DNA of 64,000 bases from Paraspadella gotoi (lineage: Eukaryota > Animalia > Chaetognatha). Every line of letters begins with the position of its first letter. Positions within the stretch are counted from its first letter, which is position 1. Shown piece after piece: positions 1 to 14,072 of this stretch. The notes under the pieces were generated by a model, which had not been told where the DNA came from, ran no database searches, and saw nothing but the letters and a program-made list of their open reading frames with translations. The position numbers were made by a program, and so were the translations under genes. The stretch is taken from the NCBI GenBank assembly GCA_051294375.1, contig CM119271.1:7492162-7556161 (forward strand), given 5' to 3'.

Positions 1-950
1 ATTAATTAGTTCTTTGTAATAATTTATTGATAAATAAATTTATTAATTAGGTTGCATGATAAATTAATTTGATTATTTAATGTTATGCATTGATTAAAGA
101 AAATTAGTTCATTTAATTTTTACGTCGATTTTGATTGAGTTACGTCGTTTAGTTGCATTGCATTTGATTGATTAATTGAGACCTTGAATCAATTGAATAA
201 TTAATGCGCACGCCTTGATATTTATATTTAATAAAAAGAAAAGCGCAAATTAGGCGAAAAGGTTTGTGTGTTTTTGTCATTTAAACTCATTATTCTTGTT
301 TTTTTCCCCACCGTCGCAGGCACGAATTTTACCAATCTTACAAATCTCTACAATTTTTTCATTGTCGAGTTAAAAATTTTCTCACTGCTTATTGTGATCA
401 ACAAAAGAAGATTGTCGTAAAATTATACTCTACCAATGGAATTACATGCTCTAAAAGAAGACTTATTTTTATAAATAATAACAAATATAAAATTTCTAAA
501 AGAAGCCGCAGAGCGATGTTGCACTCGAACCGAAAGCGATGACCGGGCTAAACAAAGTTATAAGGATTTGCACCGCGAAAACGCCGAGCGGGAGGGGTCT
601 TGGAAGCGGCCGGAATTGCGCCAAGCGGCAGCGCGAAAATCGATTTCGCTTCCACAATCTCTGAGATGGCCAGTCAATTTGTAGACGCAAGACAACCTCA
701 AATCCGTTGTCGTCCGTGTTTATTTTATTATCCATTTAGTCATTATTCATTATTTATTGATTATTATTTATTATTATTATTATTATTATTATTGATTATT
801 GATTATCTATTCATTGACTGTTATGTATTATTATTACTCTCTTTTTCATTTTCCTTCCTCTTTTCTCCTTCTCTTTCTCAATCTCTCTGAACAATAGGCC
901 GGAACTGGTTGAAAACTAGAAGTTCTCTCAAATAAATAATGGTTAAGTGA

Positions 951-1080
951 ATGAAATTGGTACATCCAATATAAAAATTATCCATTCATTTAATAAATAA
1001 GCTATCTTGCCCCTGACTTTGGACAGGCTTTGGTGGTTTAAGGCCTCCATCACTCTTACAAGATAATGACATAGCAGGTC
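951..1080. repeat. Dispersed repeat, longest copy (other copies 6829-6958, 24449-24495, 34537-34583)
   Basis: ATGAAATTGGTACA(T/A)CCAATATAAAAATT(A/G)T(C/T)CATTCATTT... recurs four times with a shared left end and variable right extent; the 24.4 kb and 34.5 kb copies are one locus seen twice in the duplication. Confidence 0.8.
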
Positions 1081-1259
1081 CCTGCAAGCTTTCAATCAAG
1101 ACTCTCTCACAGTCTTGTTTATTCACTCCCAGAGTACCTGGCTTCCCTATCAATGAAGTGGAAAATATTTCAAAGAATGTTTCAATTGTATGAAAAGACC
1201 ACTCCCTTAAGTATTAGAGAATGTTAGAGAATATGAAAATAAAAATAATTTTTAAAATT

Positions 1260-1650
1260 TATTTTATTGATTAGCGCACAGAAGCATTTAAAGATTATTT
1301 TATTACTATATAAAGTTTAAAATATTTTTTTAATTTTTCAATCTTTTTAGGAGATTCTGGTAGAGCTTTAAAAGTTAGATAAAGGTTATTAATACTTTTT
1401 AAATTTTTTTGTTTTATTGATAAAAATTTTAAAAAACCATAAAATTCAGCCAATGATGATGATGATTTTTTAAGGTTTTTTTAATTTTTAACCAATTTAT
1501 TGTCAAAATTTTAAAAAATTATAATACTAACTTTTATTTAACTTTTCAAGTTTTATAAGAATCCGTTCTTAAAAATAAAATTTAAAAAAAAATTGTTGTC
1601 ATTTGTTATATATTAATAAATATTTAAAAGCTTCAGTGCAACAACCCAAT
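1260..1650. mobile_element. Degenerate AT-rich foldback/MITE-like palindrome
   Basis: Arms pair imperfectly about a centre near 1450, e.g. GCACAGAAGCATTTAAAGATTATTTTATTACTATATA (about 1276-1312) versus TATATATTAATAAATATTTAAAAGCTTCAGTGC (about 1607-1639). Ends are approximate. Confidence 0.55.
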
Positions 1651-3234
1651 GAACTAATTCAAAAAGTTGCATTGAAAATCGATTTAGTCATAGAAGGATA
1701 AAAGAATTTTTTTTTTTTGAGAGAACTAGAAGTTATAACAAGTGTTCAATTTTGGCCCACCCTACTGAACAATCTTCCTCTTTCTCACTCTCCACAACTC
1801 GACTTGTCTCTCTTCTCTACACACTCCCTACGCCCCTATTTCCTCTCTTGGCTTTTACCNNNNNNNNNNNNNNNNNNNNNNNNNNNNNNNNNNNNNNNNN
1901 NNNNNNNNNNNNNNNNNNNNNNNNNNNNNNNNNNNNNNNNNNNNNNNNNNNNNNNNNNNNNNNNNNNNNNNNNNNNNNNNGACCCGAAAAAATATTCCAT
2001 GAATTTGTAGCGAATCTAAATCCAAGTGTCAAGCGACACCGAAAAACGCGTTGCGCCCTTCCATTTATATTTGTCTCGTTTCGACGATTCCAAACGCGGG
2101 CGAGGGCGGCGCTGCCGTCGGCGCATGCGCGCTAGCGTGGGCGTAGGTGCGCGTGCGCGCGAGCGTGGGCGCGGGCGCACGCGGATTTAGATTTCGTGAA
2201 GAGAGACAAAACGAAAAAAACAAAAAAACAAAAGGCAGCGGATGAAAATTCGTTTTATTCATTGATTTTTTTGTGAATAGAGTTTTTACGCAGTAGCGGG
2301 GAGTAAAAAAAAACCACGCTTACGGTTACAAAGAACAGCAATTGCTACAATTTTGACATTGAAGTTGGGTAAAGTTATTCAGATTGTAATGTAGTACAAG
2401 GTTACAGTAGTTGACTTCTTTTTCTTATCTACTCCTTAATTTTTCATTTAAATTCATTTGATACTTTTATCCACCATTTTTCATCGCATCATTCCCCGTC
2501 ATGATTTTTTTTTTTTTTTTTTTTAAATTCCGCGAAAAAAATATAATTCATAAAAATTATCGCGATTTTTCTCCCTTCGTTCGACGCTTTTATTAGATTC
2601 GAAAAAAAAGAAGTAGATTTGTGGCCAGACTCGGCGGCTGACTCTTAGGGATTCGTCAGCTTCGCGAATGTTCCCGCTTTTTTTGAATTAAATAACAAAA
2701 ATTTTAAAAAGTAAAAATCGCCCATTAAATATTCATCGTGAAAACGCAGATGAAATCTTTTTTTTTTNNNNNNNNNNNNNNNNNNNNNNNNNNNNNNNNN
2801 NNNNNNNNNNNNNNNNNNNNNNNNNNNNNNNNNNNNNNNNNNNNNNNNNNNNNNNNNNNNNNNNNNNNNNNNNNNNNNNNNNNNNNNNNNNNNNNNNNNN
2901 NNNNNNNNNNNNNNNNNNNNNNNNNNNNNNNNNNNNNNNNNNNNNNNNNNNNNNNNNNNNNNNNNNNNNNNNNNNNNNNNNNNNNNNNNNNNNNNNNNNN
3001 NNNNNNNNNNNNNNNNNNNNNNNNNNNNNNNNNNNNNNTAAAGGGGGAAAAAAGGTCAAAGATATAAAAAATAATAATTTTGTTTTTTAAATTTAACTTC
3101 TTGGTTTTGAGAGGAACTCAGTTTTGATTTTATTGACTTCTATGGGAGGAGAGAATTTTTTTTTCCTTCGAAATTTAACATTTATCGCTTTTGTAAGTCA
3201 ACTTGTCATTAGTCATGCTGTCGCCGTCCCGGCA

Positions 3235-3352
3235 TCGTCTTTTTCGTCGTCGTCTTCGTCGTCGTCTTCGTCGTCGTCTTCGTCGTCGTCTTCGTCGTCG
3301 TCTTCGTCGTCGTCTTCGTCGCCGTCTTCGTCGTCGTTACCGTCTTCGTCTT
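3235..3352. repeat. 12-bp tandem repeat (TCGTCGTCTTCG)n
   Basis: About 9-10 imperfect units; reads poly-S on + and DDDE on -. Confidence 0.85.
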
Positions 3353-4179
3353 CATAGTCTTGGCAAACTCGCAACAATTCCGCTTCTGGACCCTGCATCT
3401 AACGTCCGTTGTCCGATGTCCACTGTCCAATCGTCCAATGTCCAGGTTGACGACCCAAAATCATTTCGTGATTTCTCAAAAAATATTCATATCATGAGAT
3501 TCGCTTCATATTCCAAAAAAAAAATGAAATCTTCGACAAAAAAAAAAACCGGGAAAAAAATTTTTCTTCTTCCGGGTTTGTAATCCATCATCTCTTTCTC
3601 TTCCTCCTTGACCATTTCTTTTATCCCGTTTGATTCTGCTCCTCCTCCGAGGTAAAGCAAAGCGGGGTTTTCGACCTCTCTTCGCAAACGGTCGAAAGAT
3701 CGAATTCGATCGATAATCAGTCGAATGCGCGGAGGAGCGTGAATTCATTGAAGGCTCTCCGGTCGAATTCGACCGAGATTTGATTTCATTCGAATGAATT
3801 TATTGAGTAAAGCTCATGGTGCCACCAATCATCATTGCTTACATGACTTATAGAATATAGAAGAAAATGTCATCGTATAAGGTCTTTTTTGCATCTGTTA
3901 CTCCTCCTCCTCCTCCTCCTCCCCTTCTTCCTCCCAAACTCCCCCTCTATTTCCTTTCCTCTTCTTGCCCCCCATTTTTTTCCCTGGTCCCACATATGAT
4001 TTCCCATTTTCATCCAATTTTCAAAATGACCAAGAAAAAGAATTTCAGAGAGAATCTAATCAATGCTTTTCTTTTTCTTTTCCCTTTATCTTTCTCTCTC
4101 TCCGTCTCCCTGCCTCTTTAGTACTTTCTTTCTTTCTTTCTTTTCTTTCAGTCTCCCTGTCTCTTTAGTTCTGTTTTTA

Positions 4180-4256
4180 TTCGGTCTTTCTTTCTTTCTT
4201 TTCTTTCTTTTCTTTCTGTCTCTTTAGTTCTTTTTTTATTCGGTCTTTCTTTCTTT

Positions 4257-4312
<56 letters not shown>

Positions 4313-4330
4313 TCATTCTTTCTTTCTTTC
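4180..4330. repeat. (TTTC)n microsatellite
   Basis: Seen directly. Confidence 0.9.
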
Positions 4331-6828
4331 TTTTTTTTATCTTTTCCGAATCTTTACAAGACGTTATCTTTTCTCTGATATCTTTATCTTAAAGCTTTTA
4401 TTCATATCTCACCTACCTTTATCTCTTTCTTCCACCTGAAACTTTGATCTCATCTCTGTCTCTATCCTATCTCTTATCTGTCTCCCTCTCTGTACTATCT
4501 TTCTCATCTCCCGACAGAGTGAGATTGTCGGCTGAAAAAAAAATGGAATCGTTTAACCAACTGGGATCGAAAGCCTCGTTATTTCCTTGGCTTATTGATA
4601 TAAATAGTCAACATAAAATATAGAATCGCCTGCGTTTTATAAACATATAACTTTTTCCGACATTTTCCCGGTATTTTCTTCTTTTTTTTTGTAGGGTAAT
4701 TATTAAAAGTTTTCTACAATATTCTGTTACCTAGTATTGAACACTATCAAATTACCATCCGTATTCTACGTTTTTCAACAATGTTTTTCATCGTATTTCA
4801 ACAATTTGGTACTTAGGTAGTTATTTTTTAAAACTATAAATTGCCACTTTTTTATATCACTTCCTCATATACCTCTCCCTCTTCCTTTCCCTCCCTCTCT
4901 CTCNNNNNNNNNNNNNNNNNNNNNNNNNNNNNNNNNNNNNNNNNNNNNNNNNNNNNNNNNNNNNNNNNNNNNNNNNNNNNNNNNNNNNNNNNNNNNNNNN
5001 NNNNNNNNNNNNNNNNNNNNNNNNNNNNNNNNNNNNNNNNNNNNNNNNNNNNNNNNNNNNNNNNNNNNNNNNNNNNNNNNNNNNNNNNNNNNNNNNNNNN
5101 NNNNNNNNNNNNNNNNNNNNNNNNNNNNNNNNNNNNNNNNNNNNNNNNNNNNNNNNNNNNNNNNNNNNNNNNNNNNNNNNAGGACCGCCGCGCTGCCGCC
5201 GCTGCCGTCGTCGCTGATGCTGCCCCGGATCTGCCGCTGACGCCGCGGCAGGAGGCCCACGCGGTGCTGCCGCACTCTCGTCTGAAGCGGGGCACTGGCG
5301 CCACGGCGCTTGACGTCTGGACTTTGACGTCAGGTTTTTTTTGTTGTTTTTTTTAAATAGGACGAGGAAAGGTTCGACGACCGGGAACGGAAGCGACGGA
5401 GAATATAATCGGCTTCGCTTGTCCTTGTCGTCGTCGTTGTTGTTGTTATTTTCGGTTGCAGTTTCGTTGATAGCGTCGAACTCGTGCGTCCGTTCTTAAG
5501 CTTCGAACGGATAAGTTCGTCACTTCATAAGGATTCCCTTAATGTTTTTTTTTCTTTTTTTTTCTTTTTTTTCCATTCCTTTATTCCGCAATTTTTATTT
5601 TTTTCATCGAGATAAATATCATTATTATCATCATCAGGAATCCCCCGAATTTATTAGCATCATCATCGTCATTATTATCAATATTATCAACGACCAAACC
5701 AGCCCGAGCGCGAGTCTCGTGTCTCGTCAGCCACGCATTCAACATCAACATCTTTCATGACGACAAAAAGATGCATTACCTCTAGCCCAAAAAAATATAT
5801 TTCTACTAAAAATTTTAAAAAATAAAAATAAAACCCCCCCAAAAAAACAAATCGTCAATGCAAAGAGTCAATCGAGACCCACGTGACCGAATTTTAATCA
5901 ACACTCGCAAGTAAACTAACAAACAAAACGACAAATGGAGACAAAAGACTAACGCGACGCGACGAACAAAAAAAATAAATAAATAAATAAAGAAAGAAAA
6001 GTTAAAAGAAAATAAAAATAAGAAAAAAAAAAGAGATTTCCTCTTTTTTCCTCCATTTTCGATTTAGTTTCAAAGGAAATTTACGATGGCGACGTCGTTC
6101 CATCCTAGTTCTTCTTTCTCCCTTCCTACTCCAGTTNNNNNNNNNNNNNNNNNNNNNNNNNNNNNNNNNNNNNNNNNNNNNNNNNNNNNNNNNNNNNNNN
6201 NNNNNNNNNNNNNNNNNNNNNNNNNNNNNNNNNNNNNNNNNNNNNNNNNNNNNNNNNNNNNNNNNNNNNNNNNNNNNNNNNNNNNNNNNNNNNNNNNNNN
6301 NNNNNNNNNNNNNNNNNNNNNNNNNNNNNNNNNNNNNNNNNNNNNNNNNNNNNNNNNNNNNNNNNNNNNNNNNNNNNNNNNNNNNNNNNNNNNNNNNNNN
6401 NNNNNNNNNNNNNNNNNNNNNNNNNNNNNNNNNNNNNNNNNNNNNNNNNNNNNNNNNNNNNNNNNNNNNNNNNNNNNNNNNNTCTCTCTCTCTCTCCCCT
6501 TTTATCGCCGTCTCTCAAAATTTATCTTTCTTTCTATTAAAACAGGATTTTCTTTCAGACGTCGCTATTCGTCATCCGAAACCATTTGTTTCCACCTTTT
6601 TTTTTCCCATCCGCCACCACTACTGCCATCTAATCCTCATCATCAGAGGCTTCCTTCCTTTTTTTTTTCTAGTCCGATCTTCCTCATCTTTGCTCCAGCG
6701 CTGCTCCAATTAAAAAGACTCCTTAACATGTACCAGAACTGCGCTCCATCTTCACCTTATCTTCTTTCTCTCTATATTTTTTCTCTATTTTAAATTTCCT
6801 CGCCAGTTTTATAATTTACGAGGTTATT

Positions 6829-6958
6829 TATGAAATTGGTACAACCAATATAAAAATTGTTCATTCATTTCATAAATAATCTATTTTGCCCCTGACTTTA
6901 AACAGGCTTTGGTGGTTTAAAGCCTCCCTCACTCTTACAAGATAATGACTTTGCAGGT
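6829..6958. repeat. Dispersed repeat copy (same family as 951-1080)
   Basis: Closely similar to 951-1080 through ...CACTCTTACAAGATAATGAC. Confidence 0.8.
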
Positions 6959-9900
6959 ATTTTATACTCATCAGATATTTTGTACATAGTATGTTTTATA
7001 GTCGCATGAACACGTGAAAATATGATTAAAATAACATGATATGACCCAAAATTGAATTAAAATTAATATATAAAATGAAGAAAAATGAAATTGCCGTTTC
7101 TCGTTTCTCTGAATTTTTGCCAGACACACGGAATCTTGGCTCCATCTCCCCACCCGCTCCACACTCCACAGTCCACAGTCCCACACCTCCACCGCTCCAC
7201 CTCACCACCGCTCCACCTTACCACCGCTCTTCTCACTTCGCTCCCCCCCCCTCAATCCCATTCAAGCTCTCTCACGCTCCAATTCTCGGAGAGGCGATTA
7301 ATCTCGAAAATGTGAATCCGTAATCACGCTCACGTGAAAATTCGAAGAAAAAAAGAGAATTTTATTAAATNNNNNNNNNNNNNNNNNNNNNNNNNNNNNN
7401 NNNNNNNNNNNNNNNNNNNNNNNNNNNNNNNNNNNNNNNNNNNNNNNNNNNNNNNNNNNNCTATTAGCCAATCTTTTCCCCCCAAATTCTCGCTAAGCTT
7501 CTTCGAACGGCATGACAATAAAATAAAAAAACAAGTCTTAAAACAATAACAACGAAAACAACAATAACAACAACCGCAACAACAAGAAATCTTCGTCTCG
7601 TCCTTTCGTCTCTTCTGTCTCATCATCTCTAGATCTCCCTTACCTTCTCCCTTACCCGAGCGACCTTAGCCCCGCGCAGCATCTATCCTCACCGTACGTG
7701 AACCAACCCTCTCTGCCCTGTTCTCCTCAGTCCTCAGTCCCAATCTGACCGAACGCGCCTTCTCTTCGCGCGCACACTTTCCCCGGAAAGTACGATCGAG
7801 TCCGGACCACCTTCATCAAGTCCCGGACGTTGTGGAGATAACTTGCTGCAGCCGCCCCAGCCACCCGCCCGCTACCGCCGCCGCATTCGAATCTTCTGAG
7901 ACTCATCGACCGAAGCGGTCGCCGCAGTCGCCGCAGACACCGCCGCCGTCTCTTTCTAAACCTGCAAACCTTCGCCGCCGCTCCGCCGCCGCTGTTGCCG
8001 CCTCATAACCCGACAATCTACTCCGCCCCCACCCGCCGCTCGCCGCCGCCCTCCGCTGCCCTCCGCCGCCGTCCGCCGTCCGCCTAGATCCTACGACGCG
8101 CCCCTCGGCGACGCGGCGCCTCCCGGAAATAACGAGGCTTCGACGCGACCTCTCGCGCCTTCATAACTTTCTCTCTNNNNNNNNNNNNNNNNNNNNNNNN
8201 NNNNNNNNNNNNNNNNNNNNNNNNNNNNNNNNNNNNNNNNNNNNNNNNNNNNNNNNNNNNNNNNNNNNNNNNNNNNNNNNNNNNNNNNNNNNNNNNNNNN
8301 NNNNNNNNNNNNNNNNNNNNNNNNNNNNNNNNNNNNNNTCTCTCTCTCTTTCGCGTTGAGGTCGAGTCCGACTGTTCGAGCGTAAAAAAGAAGAAAAATC
8401 AGCGCCAAACGATTTCGAGGTTCGAGGCGAAAGATGAGTTTTTTTTTAAAAAAGGGGTCATGAGGTCGAGAGGTCGAGAGGTCACGTAATGGCGAAGAGA
8501 TGAGCAAGACAAACAAACTATTATAGGTGAGTAAAGATCATAGGGAAGCTGTTTTTTTACAACGGTGAAATGTTTACTTTTTAACTTAGTTACTTAGATC
8601 ATCACCGAGCCAACTATTGTGATTCAAGTTTTTTTCGTTTTTCCGTAATTTTTATTATCATTGACATTGGCTTGTCTTTTTGTCTTTCTTTGTTTGAATT
8701 TTATTTGGACTATCTTGTTTTAGTTCTACAGATGTATTTTCTTTAATGAAAAAAAGTAAATATATTTACCCAATACTTATATTCTAGAATTTTGATTCGA
8801 CAAAGAGCTGCCTCGCTCAATTATATATTTATAGCCTCGCTCAGATTTTGAAAGCCATTATTCCGCCATGACTGACTTATTTTAAATCTACTAAAAAAGC
8901 CTTCATGTTCTGCAAACAACGAACGCATATTTTTCTTCTTTTTTTTCCAACTCGCTCTCAAGTCCCGATCGCTCTGGCCCAGAGGGAGACTGAGCGCTGA
9001 AAACGACGAAACCGTAAAAGAGGGAAATTTTTTTTAAGATTCCGTAATTCTCTCCGAACTTAATGCGACCCAAGGATGTCTTTAAACCGGCTCGAGGCCC
9101 ATCGACTCTCTCTCTCTCTCTCTCNNNNNNNNNNNNNNNNNNNNNNNNNNNNNNNNNNNNNNNNNNNNNNNNNNNNNNNNNNNNNNNNNNNNNNNNNNNN
9201 NNNNNNNNNNNNNNNNNNNNNNNNNNNNNNNNNNNNNNNNNNNNNNNNNNNNNNNNNNNNNNNNNNNNNNNNNNNNNNNNNNNNNNNNNNNNNNNNNNNN
9301 NNNNNNNNNNNNNNNNNNNNNNNNNNNNNNNNNNNNNNNNNNNNNNNNNNNNNNNNNNNNNNNNNNNNNNNNNNNNNNNNNNNNNNNNNNNNNNNNNNNN
9401 NNNNNNNNNNNNNNNNNNNNNNNNNNNNNNNNNNNNNNNNNNNNNNNNNNNNNNNNNNNNNNNNNNNNNNNNNNNNNNNNNNNNNNNNNNNNNNNNNNNN
9501 NNNNNNNNNNNNNNNNNNNNNNNNNNNNNNNNNNNNNNNNNNNNNNNNNNNNNNNNNNNNNNNNNNNNNNNNNNNNNNNNNNNNNNNNNNNNNNNNNNNN
9601 NNNNNNNNNNNNNNNNNNNNNNNNNNNNNNNNNNNNNNNNNNNNNNNNNNNNNNNNNNNNNNNNNNNNNNNNNNNNNNNNNNNNNNNNNNNNNNNNNNNN
9701 NNNNNNNNNNNNNNNNNNNNNNNNNNNNNNNNNNNNNNNNGTCACTGGCGCGGTTACCCGAGGACGGTCTCGCAAGAGCATCCAATTGTGGATATAGAAC
9801 AATGAAAAGTTTCAAAAATAAACATCATGGCTGAAAGATATAATCATCTAAAAAGCAAATTCAAATGCTTTCTGTCTTAAAAGTTTCTAAATTTCAGCTC

Positions 9901-10040
9901 AAACAAAAACTAAATCAATTTAACGAAAAATCTGGAAACAAAAAAAGTCTTTTCAGTCGATGAAGGAAAAAAAAACGCTTCGCTTGGGAGAAGCGGTTTC
10001 CTCTGAGAAGCGGTTTCGCTGCGGGAATTCCGCTCTTAAT

Positions 10041-10145
<105 letters not shown>

Positions 10146-10267
10146 GCTGTGCTTTAAAGTAAAAAATCAATTTCATTTTCCGTCTTCACTTTCTTCATTT
10201 TCTCTCTTCACCTCATTTCGTGATTACAATTCTTTCGATTATTGTTATCATTTCTTTCTTTTTGTTA

Positions 10268-10321
10268 AACTAATAACTAATAACTAATAACTAATAACTA
10301 ATAACTAATAACTAATAACTA
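10268..10321. repeat. (CTAATAA)n heptamer tandem repeat
   Basis: About 7-8 perfect units. Confidence 0.9.
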
Positions 10322-12975
10322 TGATTTCCTTCATTTCTTTCTCTGTTTCATTTCCTCCTCTACTTTCACGATTACATTTATTCTCGTTCCTTATTCTATT
10401 TCTCACTTTTCTTTTTTTACTTCCTCCTGTTAATTTCTTCTTCTAATTTACACCTTTTTTTTCTCCTTCCTCTATTTACGTATTTTCTTTCCTCCGCGGA
10501 TTTCCTTCTCTCTATTTCCTCTTTTTCTTTCCTTCTATTTCCTGCTTTTCTTTTCTATCATTCTTTCCTCCTTTAATTTTCTTTCTAATTTTCAATTTTA
10601 TATTCCTATTTCAATTTTCTTTTTCCTCCTTCCTCCTTCAATTACTTCTTTCTATTTCCCCATTTTAATTTTCTTTTTCCCCTCCTCTTTTCTCCTTTAC
10701 GTTCCTCCTTCTATTTCCTCCTTTTCTTTCCTCCTTTAATTTCTTCTTTCTATCCCTTCCTTTTCCATTTCTCCTCCAATTTTTCCTTTTCTCTCAATCT
10801 TTCCTCCCTCCTTCAATTTCCTCCTTTTCTTTCCTCATCTTCTCCACTTCACTTTTCTTTTTTCCTTCTCGAGCGAAACTCCATCATTTCCGGTTTCCAC
10901 CAGAGACGAAGCTTCGCCCGGAACGAAGACAAAGACGACAGCGTCGACGCTGTACGCCTATTGTACGTAGTTCTTGAAAGGAGGCGATAATGTCGATAAT
11001 TCCTCTTTAAACGAATTAAAATGAAAGGAATCGATGAAAATAAAAAACGTATTTGCAAACCCAGACAACTTCATAATATAAAAATTTCGGCTCCGAATCA
11101 ACGGAAAAAGTTATTGGCGCGAAATCTGGCAAATACGGCACTAAAAGCGGCGGCAGCGGCGGCGGCGGCAGCTGCGGGCAGAGCGGCAGACGGTGGATAG
11201 AGGAAGAGGTAAGGGTTCACCGGATTACAGTTAGCGAACGGTCAGACGCAAGCCCTTCCAAGTTTGAACTGCGACACACAGACTGGGATCTCGCTGTCCC
11301 GAATGCAATAAAACGAACGAATGAACTTCCGACGGAGTTTTTTTTTTGTTTTTTTTTTTTTGTTCAAAAAAAAAACGGGACCTCCCACTTTCAACCACAC
11401 TCGTCAGTGAAATTATTATCTCGTGATTGTATAAAGAAATAAAACTTCACGACACNNNNNNNNNNNNNNNNNNNNNNNNNCCCACTCTCACTCTCGTGAA
11501 TCCGTGAAATTGTATAAACTCACCACTCTAAACATGGACACTTAGATATAACCTGAAATAATCGCCATACACGCCATATAATAATAATGATAATATAAAT
11601 TATAAAATAATATAATATAATATAGATATAATAATCGCCATTCCCGTCATTCCCCGCCTCTTTCCCGCTCCCACCCCTCCCCCCTCTTTCTCACCAATCA
11701 CTCGGCGCAAAAGTCTAAAACTTCAAGACGAAGAAAAATGATGATGATGATGTCAACGGGGCAGCGTCTACCATAACTCGGACCATTTTTTTCCTCTTTT
11801 TNNNNNNNNNNNNNNNNNNNNNNNNNNNNNNNNNNNNNNNNNNNNNNNNNNNNNNNNNNNNNNNNNNNNNNNNNNNNNNNNNNNNNNNNNNNNNNNNNNN
11901 NNNNNNNNNNNNNNNNNNNNNNNNNNNNNNNNNNNNNNNNNNNNNNNNNNNNNNNNNNNNNNNNNNNNNNNNNNNNNNNNNNNNNNNNNNNNNNNNNNNN
12001 NNNNNNNNNNNNNNNNNNNNNNNNNNNNNNNNNNNNNNNNNNNNNNNNNNNNNNNNNNNNNNNNNNNNNNNNNNNNNNNNNNNNNNGTTCGGAAGATAAG
12101 TAAAGAAAACTGTTCCGCGCGCAAAGCGGAAATTGCGAGTTCAGCCTTCGCCGATAGAGGCGCGTGCGAGTTACGCTATGTTTATGTTTTTGTTTATTTT
12201 TTTTAATGTCAAGTTCTAGATTCCTTAATTTAAAGTTATCCCGAGTCTTACATTACTCCTTGTGAGCATTAACTGGGGCATATCGTCTCCTTTGCCCTCT
12301 TTTCAAGATCGAGAGGAAAGAGATAACAATTTGAATTTGGCCACTGAGGTCTCTCTCTCTCTCAAGAGAGAGATAAACTGAAAGCAGTGTTCTTTGGAAC
12401 AATTATCACAACGCCCGGGCCACGGACAAACCAAGAGTAAGTCAAGAAAACACAAAAACAAAAAACAACAAAAACAAAACTTAATCAAAAACGACAACAA
12501 GAAAAAAAAATCGAAAAAACAAAAACGAGAACAGGTGAGCAAGAAAAAAAAAAGGTATGGCGACGTGAAAAGGATGAAATACGAATTCGTTTTAAAATGT
12601 ACAATGTCAAGGAAATCATAATAAGCCCGATGACCTGCGATGATTTTCCCGGCGAATCTCTTGCAAGTTCAACTCGGCCAGTTCACCCGATAAAGAAAGG
12701 GAGTGAGATCGCGAATCAACCGTGCAACTGATCACCCAAAGGATCGTTTTTTTCTTCGTAGAAAAAATTAGCTTCTTCTTCGAAAAAAGCTCGCTCACTA
12801 TCCGAACTCATCGCACCTAACTAATCTCATTTATCTCATCTCACTCAGTCCTCTTTTCATCTCTTCTCATCTCTTTTCATCTCATCTCATCTCACCTTCG
12901 ACACATTCGTATTCAGAAGTTTATTCCCCCCCAAAAAAAAAGCGAGATTCTCTCTTCATCTCTCTCCCTCTCTCT

Positions 12976-13009
<34 letters not shown>

Positions 13010-13686
13010 ATCTCCTCCTCTCTCTCTCTCTCTAATCGTCTTTCTCCCAAAAATGTAGAATCCATTTTCGATGCGCGAGAAAAAACATTTCCGACGCCGT
13101 CGGACGTCGGGACGCCTCTGCCGAAAAAAACGGACGCTCATTCTCTGCTCTCTCCTCTCTCCTCTCTCTCGTCTCTCCTCTCTCTCTCCGTCTCTCTCTC
13201 TTCTCTCTCTCTCCTCTCTCCATCGTCCAGATTCCGATTCCATATTCTTTCTTGTACTTGGAGCAAAAGGAGGGGATAAAGGGAAAAGAGCGAAAGACAG
13301 AAATAGGGAGAAGATAGAGAGATAGAGAAGATAGAGANNNNNNNNNNNNNNNNNNNNNNNNNAAGAAAGAAAGAAAGAAAGAAAGAAAAGAAAAAAAAGA
13401 AAGAAAAGAAAAGAAAGAAAAGAAAAGAAATAAAAGAAAAGAAAAGAAAGAAAAGAAAGAAAAGAAAGTAAAAAAAGAAAGAAAAGAAAGAAAAGAAAGA
13501 AAAGAAAAGAAAAGAAAGAAACGTTATATAACGCATAACCGCGAAATGGAGGTCATTGGTCGTTTTCGACTGGTCGTCGTCCTCACTGTCGTCGTCGTCG
13601 TCATCGTCGTCACCGTAGTAGCCGAGGATATCGTCCGACTCGTTACGAATGCTAATCCCGGCCTAAAAAAGGCGCTTAGTGCGAGT

Positions 13687-14072
13687 GCGGGCGGCGAATC
13701 GGGCGGCGGAGCGGGCGGCGGAGCGGGCGGCGGAGCGGGCGGCGGTCGCGGCGGCTTGTCGAGCGGGCGGCGAGTCGGGCGCTTCGGGCGGAGCTGCGCG
13801 GCGGAAGCGGGCGGCTGCCGAGCGGGCGGCGTGGTACACTGCCGGTGCGGTGGCGCGGCGGGCGGCTGGGACGCGGCCGGGTCCCGGGCGGGAGGCGTGC
13901 GGCGGGGAGCGGTCCGCGGCCGGTCGAATCGGCCCGCGTGGGAGCGGGGCGGCCGGACGCGGGGCGCGCATCGGCGCGGAGCGGGCGGCGGAGCGAGGCG
14001 GCGAGCGGGCGGCGGAGCGGTGCGGCGGAGCGGCGCCGGATCGGGCGGCGGAGCGGGCGGCGGAGAGGGCGG
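13687..14072. repeat. GC-rich 12-bp minisatellite (GGCGGAGCGGGC)n, degenerate
   Basis: Many GCGGGCGGCGGA units; encodes (PPPA)n on - or (GGGA)n on +. Confidence 0.8.

Noticed and set aside
5181-5410. Possible + strand exon pair after a gap
   Set aside because: No recognisable protein motif, an implausibly short putative intron, and the 5' part is lost in Ns.
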